Source: Novosphingobium sp.
Lineage (GTDB): Bacteria; Pseudomonadota; Alphaproteobacteria; Sphingomonadales; Sphingomonadaceae
Length of the DNA stretch: 64,000 nucleotides
Reading direction: 5' to 3'
Assembly (NCBI GenBank): GCA_031410255.1
Contig: JANNYT010000162.1
Coordinates: 8,167 to 72,166 of the forward strand
This document shows positions 57,950 through 64,000 of the stretch, piece after piece (position 1 is the first letter of the stretch; every line of letters begins with the position of its first letter). The position numbers were made by a program, and so were the translations under genes. The notes under the pieces were generated by a model. That model saw only the letters and a program-made list of their open reading frames with translations. It was not told the DNA's origin and ran no database searches.

Positions 57950-58609
57950 ATGAGTAAGCAAGTCCGCCGTGCCAGTGCAATAGCAGTGGCCGCCATGATT
58001 ATTTCGATTGTTGCCGGCGCCAACGGTTCAGGCGCCTCCGCACAGAATACTGTCGCGGTAATCCAGCGTGAACCCGGTGCCTCGACATTTTCAGGCCCAA
58101 CGATTTCGGTTCCAGTCGTTCAAGCGCTTCCCGCCCCGGCCACCACGCCTGCGGTAGAAGCCGATGTTACGCTGGATAGCACCGCCCCAATCCGCGCCTC
58201 ATCGCTCTCCGCGCTGGTCTCGGCTCAGCCGCAGCCAGGTGAACTTTCGCGTGAGCTGCATTGCCTGGCCGGAGCGATCTATTTTGAAGCCAAGAGCGAA
58301 TCGCTGACTGGTCAACTTGCTGTCGGGCGGGTGATCGTCGCGCGTTCGAAATCGGGCCGCTTCCCCAACAGCTATTGTGGTGTGGTGTTCCAACCCTCGC
58401 AGTTCTCGTTCGTTCGCGGGCACGCGATGCCGGGAATCGCCCGCAGCTCGAAGCAGTGGAAGAACGCCGTGGCCGTCGCCCAGATCGCCCATTCAGGTAC
58501 CTGGCGCAGTCCGGTTGAAGGTGCGCTGTATTTCCATGCTGCTTACGTTAACCCGGCGTGGCACCTGAAGCGCGTTGGCCGGATCGAGAATCACGTTTTC
58601 TATCGCTGA
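57950..58609 (+). CDS. Cell wall hydrolase, SleB/Hydrolase_2 family
   Basis: Signal/TM segment, CLAGAIYFEAKSE, AVGRVI..R, CGVVFQPSQFSF, GALYFHA, IENHVFYR. Confidence 0.92.
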   Translation: MSKQVRRASAIAVAAMIISIVAGANGSGASAQNTVAVIQREPGASTFSGPTISVPVVQALPAPATTPAVEADVTLDSTAPIRASSLSALVSAQPQPGELSRELHCLAGAIYFEAKSESLTGQLAVGRVIVARSKSGRFPNSYCGVVFQPSQFSFVRGHAMPGIARSSKQWKNAVAVAQIAHSGTWRSPVEGALYFHAAYVNPAWHLKRVGRIENHVFYR

Positions 58610-58647
58610 GTAAATTGTGGGGCAGGCTGTTGGCCGCCCCACTCACC

Positions 58648-59424
58648 TCAACTATCCAAAAACTCAAACCATACTGGCGCGTGGTCGCTCGCTTTTTCGC
58701 GGCCGCGGTGTTCTTTGTCGACCCCGGCTGCGATTAGCCGGTCAGCCAGCTCGGGTGAGAGCAGCGCGTGATCGATGCGAAAGCCGTGATCACGCTGCCA
58801 CGCGCCGGCCTGATAATCCCAATAGGTCCAGACTCCTCCTGCGGGATTTAGCGTGCTCAGCGCGTCGGTCCAGCCGTCCGCCAGTAACCGCGCATAGGCA
58901 TCGCGCGAACCGGGTTGCATCAGCGCATCATCAGCCATCGCGGCTGGAGCCCAGACGTCGTTGTCACGCGGGATGACATTGTAATCGCCCAGCACGATCG
59001 CGGGCACTTCCTCGGCCGAAATTTTCCGCATCCGCAGCTGCAACCGCTTCATCCAGCGTAATTTGTAGTCGAATTTCGGGCCCGGCACCGGGTTGCCATT
59101 GGGCAGATAGATACAGGCGATCCGCACCCCGCCGACGTCAGCCTCGAGGTAGCGCGAATGCTCGTCCTCGGGCTCACCGGCCAGTCCGCGCTGCACTTCG
59201 ACAGGCGCCACGCCATCAGCCAGGATCGCCACACCGTTGAAGCCCTTCTGGCCGTGCCAGATGGCTTGATAGCCCAGCTTCTCGAACTCGGCGGCGGGAA
59301 AGCCTTCGTCCTGCGTCTTGATTTCCTGCAGGCAAGCCACGGTGGGCCGCGTCTCATCAAGCCATTCCAGCAGGCGCGGCAGGCGCGCCTTGATCCCGTT
59401 GATATTGAACGTGGCGATCTTCAT
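58648..59424 (-). CDS. xth: Exodeoxyribonuclease III
   Basis: ATFNINGIKAR, CLQEIK, GFNGVAIL, YLPNGNP, GDYN, GFRIDH, SDHAPV. Confidence 0.96.
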   Translation of the reverse strand: MKIATFNINGIKARLPRLLEWLDETRPTVACLQEIKTQDEGFPAAEFEKLGYQAIWHGQKGFNGVAILADGVAPVEVQRGLAGEPEDEHSRYLEADVGGVRIACIYLPNGNPVPGPKFDYKLRWMKRLQLRMRKISAEEVPAIVLGDYNVIPRDNDVWAPAAMADDALMQPGSRDAYARLLADGWTDALSTLNPAGGVWTYWDYQAGAWQRDHGFRIDHALLSPELADRLIAAGVDKEHRGREKASDHAPVWFEFLDS

Positions 59425-59756
59425 CAGATCGCGAACGAAGAACCACAGCCGCAGCCTGACGCCGCATTGGGATTGGTGACTTTAAACGCCGCGCCGCCCA
59501 GCGATTCGACGTAATCAACTTCAGAACCACTCAGCAGGTCAAGACTGACCGCATCGACCAGTAACTGCACGCCGTCGCGCTCGACCACCAGATCATCGGC
59601 TTCGGGCACTTCGGCCAGTTCAAACTTGTACTGGAAGCCCGAGCAGCCACCGCCCTCGACCGATAACCGGAGCATCGCGGGCTTGCCTTGCTTGGCTGCG
59701 ATCATCGCCACCCGCGCGGCGGCGGAAGGGCTGAGGGTCATTGTCGGGGCGTCCAT
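59424..59756 (-). CDS. erpA: Fe-S cluster insertion protein (A-type carrier)
   Basis: LRLSVEGGGCSGFQY, NPNAASGCGCGSSF; TGATG overlap with xth. Confidence 0.92.
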   Translation of the reverse strand: MDAPTMTLSPSAAARVAMIAAKQGKPAMLRLSVEGGGCSGFQYKFELAEVPEADDLVVERDGVQLLVDAVSLDLLSGSEVDYVESLGGAAFKVTNPNAASGCGCGSSFAI

Positions 59757-59798
59757 TCCCCAGATGTAAGCCTTGGCGGCCTCAGCGACAAGGCCGCG

Positions 59799-60227
59799 TT
59801 ATGCGCTTTGAATGTAACTGCGCATCGCCTCGGCTTCGCTCTCGATTGCGTCGATCCGGTATTTGACCAGATCGCCGATCGAAACGAACCCACAAACTTG
59901 GCCGCCCTGCACCACCGGCAAGTGCCGGATCCGCCGCCGCGTCATCAGCCCGAGCGCGTCGAGCGCGCCGTTGTCTGGGGCCACGGTGATCGCCGGAGAG
60001 GTCATTACTTCGCCCACCGTTTTATCCAGCATCGCCGGGCCGTGGGCCGCCAATTGGTAGACTACGTCGCGTTCGGAGAAGATGCCAGCAATCTGGCCAT
60101 CGGCGAAGACCGGCAAAGCGCCGATCCGCTGCTCCGCCAAAATCTTCACCGCTTCGCCTACACTGGTCGCCGCGTCGCAGCTGACAATCTGGTCACTGCG
60201 GCCCTCGATCAGTCGCGCAATCGTCAT
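59799..60227 (-). CDS. CBS-pair domain protein
   Basis: RIGALPV, GIFSERD, VMTSPAITV, RRIRHLPVV, VSIGDLVK. Confidence 0.92.
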   Translation of the reverse strand: MTIARLIEGRSDQIVSCDAATSVGEAVKILAEQRIGALPVFADGQIAGIFSERDVVYQLAAHGPAMLDKTVGEVMTSPAITVAPDNGALDALGLMTRRRIRHLPVVQGGQVCGFVSIGDLVKYRIDAIESEAEAMRSYIQSA

Positions 60228-60295
60228 GGCAACTCTCCCAGGTCATTGTTGTGGACCAAAGAATGACACGAACCGGAGCGCTTGGCGAGTCGCTG

Positions 60296-60676
60296 CTAGG
60301 ACTCTGGCTCTTCGGCTGGATAAAGCCGGAATTCCTCGACCGGTATGCCGCCGACCAAATGCTCGGCAACGATCCGTTCGAGCACCGGCGGGGAGCATGA
60401 ATGGTACCAGACCCCCTCGGGCCAGACGACCGCGATCGGCCCGGCGGCGCAGACCTTGAAGCAATCGGCCTTGGTCCGGGCGACCCCGCCGCTCCGGTCC
60501 AGCCCGCCTTCGCGCAGCCGCTTCTTGAGGAATTTCCATGCTGCAGCGCCGTCCTCGCGCGAGCAGCATTCGCCCTTCTGCGATTCGGCGCACAGAAAAA
60601 TGTGGCGGCGGATCGGGGTGGCTTCCTTGGCCAGCGTTGCGCGGGCGCGGGCCAGTTCCTTGGCGTCAGTGCTCAT
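60296..60676 (-). CDS. Thioredoxin-like [2Fe-2S] ferredoxin
   Basis: [37 protein letters not shown]. Confidence 0.88.
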   Translation of the reverse strand: MSTDAKELARARATLAKEATPIRRHIFLCAESQKGECCSREDGAAAWKFLKKRLREGGLDRSGGVARTKADCFKVCAAGPIAVVWPEGVWYHSCSPPVLERIVAEHLVGGIPVEEFRLYPAEEPES

Positions 60677-61104
60677 GGCCGCAAGGTCCACTTGGTTAGC
60701 AGTTCCCGGTCTTCGTCGCGGACGGGAGCGGGGCGATCTTGATCAATCGCGACAATCACCGAACGGGCGAACGCGACCACGGTTCCATCCTGCTCAAGCA
60801 GCTGTGCGATGCTCCAACTGGTCCGCCCGATCGTTTCGATCGCGCAGTGGGCGGTTACGGGCGCGGGGAAGTGGCCTTGCGCCAGGTATTCCATCCCGAC
60901 ACTGGCGACCATCGCGCGGCGCGCGCCGATCTTGACGCTGAGCCCGGCGGCCAGATTGAACCGCACCCGTGCGTCCTCCATCATCGCTGCCAGCGCCACA
61001 TTGTTGAGGTGTTGGTTGGGATCGACATCGGCGAACCGGGTCGAGATGGCATGCGCAAAGGGATAACGCTTGGGATTGAGCAGCGCGGGATCGGGACGCG
61101 GCAT
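60673..61104 (-). CDS. Acyl-CoA thioesterase (4HBT hotdog family)
   Basis: [24 protein letters not shown]. Confidence 0.88.
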   Translation of the reverse strand: MPRPDPALLNPKRYPFAHAISTRFADVDPNQHLNNVALAAMMEDARVRFNLAAGLSVKIGARRAMVASVGMEYLAQGHFPAPVTAHCAIETIGRTSWSIAQLLEQDGTVVAFARSVIVAIDQDRPAPVRDEDRELLTKWTLRP

Positions 61105-61110
61105 GGTTGC

Positions 61111-63216
61111 TCAGCCCTCCGGCTTGAGGTGGCGCGCCAGCCAGTCAAACACTGTCGCATGCCACTGCAGCGAATCCTTGGGCTTGAGCACCCAGTGATT
61201 CTCATTCGGGAAGACCAGCAGCTGGCTGGGCACGTGCTTGCGCTGCAGCGCCGTATAGGCGGCCAGACCTTGGGTGTATGGGATGCGAAAATCCTTCTCA
61301 CTGGTGATGACCAGCATCGGGGTTTGCCAGTTGGCCACGTGGTTCACCGGGTTCCACTTTTCGTATTCTGCTGGAGCTTCGAAATAGGCGTGGCCGCCGT
61401 GCTCCCACTCGTCAAACCACAGCTCTTCGGTCTCGTAAGCCATCGCACGAGCATCGAATACGCCATCGTGCTGGACCAGACACTTGAACTGGCCCGGCCA
61501 ATTGCCCTCGATCCAGTTCATCATGTAGCCGCCGTAAGATGCCCCCAGCGCGCAAGTATTGGCGCCATCAAGCTCGGGATGTGCAGCCAGCGCAGCGGCG
61601 AGGCCGAGCTTCAGATCATCGAGTGGCTTGCCGCCCCAATCGCGGTTGATGCTGTCGGTAAAGGCCTGGCCGTATCCGGTCGAGCCGTGAAAATCGATCG
61701 TCACCACCGCGTAGCCCTGGCTGGCGAACAGCCGCGGGCTCCACCGAAACGACCAGCTGTCATTCGAACTGCCCTGCGGTCCGCCATGGACGATCAGCAA
61801 GACTGGAAGCTTGCCGGTTGAGCCAGCGGGCTCGTGCAGCATACCCCAGACAGTGTCGCCCGCCGCGCCCCGGAAGTTGAAGCGGGTGGAAGTGACGCCG
61901 TTCAGCCCGGCCAGTTGCGCATCATTGGCGTGGGTCAGTGCGCGCGTAGGCTTGCCCTTGTCAGCCACATAGACTTCGGCCGGCTGGGCCACCGCATCGC
62001 GGGTAAACAACAGGCCACCCGACTTGAGCGGAACCACCGATCCGACATGGCCGTCGGTCAGACCCTTGGGGGCAAGCTTTAGCCGCGTGATCTTGCCACT
62101 GGCCAGATCGATCCGGAAGGCCGGATTATCGAGCACATCCTCCGCAGTCACGATCAAGGCCTTCGAATCGGGTGTCCAGGCAATCGATCCGACCGACCGG
62201 TCCCAACCGCTGGTCAGTGCGCGCAGCTCACCGGTCTGCAGGTTGAGCAACTGCACCACCAGCCGGTCGCTTTCATAGCCTGGCCGGGCCATCGCGGCAT
62301 AGGCCAGCCATTTGCCGTCGGGCGAGGGGCTTGGCAGCGTATCGGTGGCCTTGTTATCGCCGGTCAGCAGATGCGGCGCGCCGCCGTTCAGCGGGCTGTG
62401 CCAGATATCGACATTGGTTGAGAGCGGTTCATTGCGGTCAGCTTGCCGCGCGGCGAAGTAGGCTCCGTTCGAATCGGCGGTCCAGGCAATGTCTTCGCCG
62501 CCGCCCATCGGCTTGGTTGGAGTATCGCCGGTCAGCGTGCCAGCGGGGCCATCGAGTGCAATCCCGGCGCCGGTAATCTTGCCAGCGGTGTCCAAGCCGA
62601 ACGCAAAAGCGCGGCTGTAATTGCCCGGGGTTTCCCACGCATCCCAGTGGCGCACAAATCCGGCGCCGTCTTGATAGAGCCGCCCTTCGCCAGGTCCGGT
62701 CAGGGTAGTGTCACCGCTCGCATCGCAGCCCAGCGTCGGGCAATCGCGTGCGACATCGCCCCAGACCAGCACGCGGGTGCCGTTGGGGGCGATCGCAAAG
62801 CCCGCGACATCGGTCTTGAACACGCTGGCCTGCACCGGCGCCGCGCCGGGCGCAGTCAGATCGAGCGACCACAGCTGATCGCTGCCCGATTTGCCCGAGA
62901 GGAAATAGAGCCGCTGGCCATCGGGGCTGAACGCAGGCGAGTTCTCGCTGGCATCGGGTAGATCGGCAATCCGCGCCGCCGTCCCGCCTTTGAGCGGCAC
63001 CCGCCATAGCCCGGTGGCGCGTTTGTAGCTGGAGGAATCGGTGTCAGTCTGCTGGAACACCACCCAGCTGCCATCGGGGGAGACCGCCGGCGCGCCGACG
63101 CGTTTGAGCGTCACCAGGTCTTGCGGGTTCATGGCATGCGGGCCGCTTTGGGCGGGCAGCGAAATGGCGGTCAGGGTAACGGCAAACGCGCCGAGCGCGG
63201 TTCTGAAAGTATACAT
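61111..63216 (-). CDS. S9 family peptidase (dipeptidyl/acylaminoacyl peptidase-like, exported)
   Basis: Signal peptide, beta-propeller, HGGPQ, nucleophile GASYGG, KDFRIP, ENHWV. Confidence 0.93.
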   Translation of the reverse strand: MYTFRTALGAFAVTLTAISLPAQSGPHAMNPQDLVTLKRVGAPAVSPDGSWVVFQQTDTDSSSYKRATGLWRVPLKGGTAARIADLPDASENSPAFSPDGQRLYFLSGKSGSDQLWSLDLTAPGAAPVQASVFKTDVAGFAIAPNGTRVLVWGDVARDCPTLGCDASGDTTLTGPGEGRLYQDGAGFVRHWDAWETPGNYSRAFAFGLDTAGKITGAGIALDGPAGTLTGDTPTKPMGGGEDIAWTADSNGAYFAARQADRNEPLSTNVDIWHSPLNGGAPHLLTGDNKATDTLPSPSPDGKWLAYAAMARPGYESDRLVVQLLNLQTGELRALTSGWDRSVGSIAWTPDSKALIVTAEDVLDNPAFRIDLASGKITRLKLAPKGLTDGHVGSVVPLKSGGLLFTRDAVAQPAEVYVADKGKPTRALTHANDAQLAGLNGVTSTRFNFRGAAGDTVWGMLHEPAGSTGKLPVLLIVHGGPQGSSNDSWSFRWSPRLFASQGYAVVTIDFHGSTGYGQAFTDSINRDWGGKPLDDLKLGLAAALAAHPELDGANTCALGASYGGYMMNWIEGNWPGQFKCLVQHDGVFDARAMAYETEELWFDEWEHGGHAYFEAPAEYEKWNPVNHVANWQTPMLVITSEKDFRIPYTQGLAAYTALQRKHVPSQLLVFPNENHWVLKPKDSLQWHATVFDWLARHLKPEG

Positions 63217-63249
63217 GCCGCCACGGTTAGCGGCACTTGCCGAGGGGGT

Positions 63250-63720
63250 CTAACCCTTCTTGCCGACGATCCGCGCGATTTCGGTTGCGACCAGCTTTTC
63301 GACCAGTGGCGGCAGGTTCTTGTCGAGCCATTCGGCCAGCGCCGGACGCAGCAGATCGCGCGCCATGCCTTCGAGCGAGGTTTCGCCCGAACGGACGATT
63401 TGCGGTGCCGCCGGGGGCTGCGCCAGCATCGCCAGCGCCGCCAGCGAATCGCTGATCGAGTTTACGGTCTGGCTGGCTACCAGTGGAGTTTCGGCCACGT
63501 CGCCTGCTTCCACCTGGTCGAGCTCGTCGTCGTCGTCGATATATTCACCGACGGTGCCCAGATCGAGCACTTCGTCCGCAGCAGCGCTGCGGCTATCCGC
63601 CGAAACCGGCAGTTCGCGCACGCGGCGCTGCTCAGCCGCGCCATCACGGTTATCGCGCGCAATTACTTTTTTGATCGAATCGAGGATTTCCTCGACCGAA
63701 GGTTCACCTGCCTGGCGCAT
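63250..63720 (-). CDS. popZ: Polar organizing protein PopZ (DUF2497)
   Basis: N-terminal helix EPSVEEILDSIKKVI, acidic linker, C-terminal SLEGMARDLLRPALAEWLDKNLPPLVEKLV..EIAR; directly downstream of tolC. Confidence 0.9.
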   Translation of the reverse strand: MRQAGEPSVEEILDSIKKVIARDNRDGAAEQRRVRELPVSADSRSAAADEVLDLGTVGEYIDDDDELDQVEAGDVAETPLVASQTVNSISDSLAALAMLAQPPAAPQIVRSGETSLEGMARDLLRPALAEWLDKNLPPLVEKLVATEIARIVGKKG

Positions 63721-63757
63721 CGCCCAAACTCCAAGCTGTCCCGTTACAGGACAGGAA

Positions 63758-64000
63758 TCACTGATCGGTTACTGAACCGTCCTGCGGTAAAGTGTCAACG
63801 GTTCGTGTGGATTCGGTGGTTGGGTCGGGATCATTGCTCCAATCCCATTTCTTGTTGTGGACCCGGTCATAATTGGTCTGCGGGTCATACAGCACCCCGC
63901 CATCAAGCCCCAGATCCCGCGCTTCGGCCTTGCCCATCGCGCTGAGCAGGTTGAACCCGGCGACGTAGGCATTGCGCTGCGCGGTGGCGAGCTGGACCTC
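63758..64000 (-). CDS. tolC: TolC family outer membrane protein, C-terminal 80 aa (5' part outside window)
   Basis: Manual translation EVQLATAQRNAYVAGFNLLSAMGKAEARDLGL..LYDP..NYDRV..WDW..DP ending at TGA (63758-63760); tolC-popZ synteny. Confidence 0.8.
   Translation of the reverse strand, partial: EVQLATAQRNAYVAGFNLLSAMGKAEARDLGLDGGVLYDPQTNYDRVHNKKWDWSNDPDPTTESTRTVDTLPQDGSVTDQ

Noticed and set aside
63769-63972. 67-aa ORF at the right edge
   Set aside because: Wrong frame. The frame open from 64000 to 63758 gives a TolC-type C-terminus.

Overview
High-GC alphaproteobacterial chromosome segment, most likely from a sphingomonad (Novosphingobium/Erythrobacter-like; inferred from gene content and order). 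The window very probably spans the replication origin. The hemE / PEP-synthetase regulatory protein (DUF299) intergenic region (52310-52628) has an AT-rich tract, a cluster of DnaA-like boxes and GANTC sites. Three parS palindromes lie 7-9.5 kb away in the mnmE-mnmG-rsmG-parA-parB operon, and popZ lies about 11 kb away on the other side. The rest is mostly core housekeeping and cell-cycle or envelope genes: ctpA-envC-rlmH-rsfS-nadD-proA, M23 peptidase + bactofilin, trcR, clpA, hemB, Suv3-like helicase-S4-fdxA-carD, rho, hemJ/hemE, maf-aroE-coaE-dnaQ-hpf-ptsN, sleB-like hydrolase, xth, erpA and tolC. The most notable accessory locus is a three-gene non-classical chaperone-usher-like system (DUF4402 pilin-like subunit, PapD-like chaperone, usher-like protein; 36537-40820). 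It lies directly downstream of parB, has CtrA-like boxes upstream of the subunit and chaperone genes, and has no adhesin gene. Other leads are two pairs of divergent tandem paralogues of unknown function, a membrane-embedded spermidine-synthase-like protein that looks more like a methyltransferase, and candidate structured RNA leaders upstream of carD and the sleB-like gene. I found no tRNA/rRNA genes, CRISPR arrays, transposases or integrases. All family assignments come from motif recognition by eye, not database searches.
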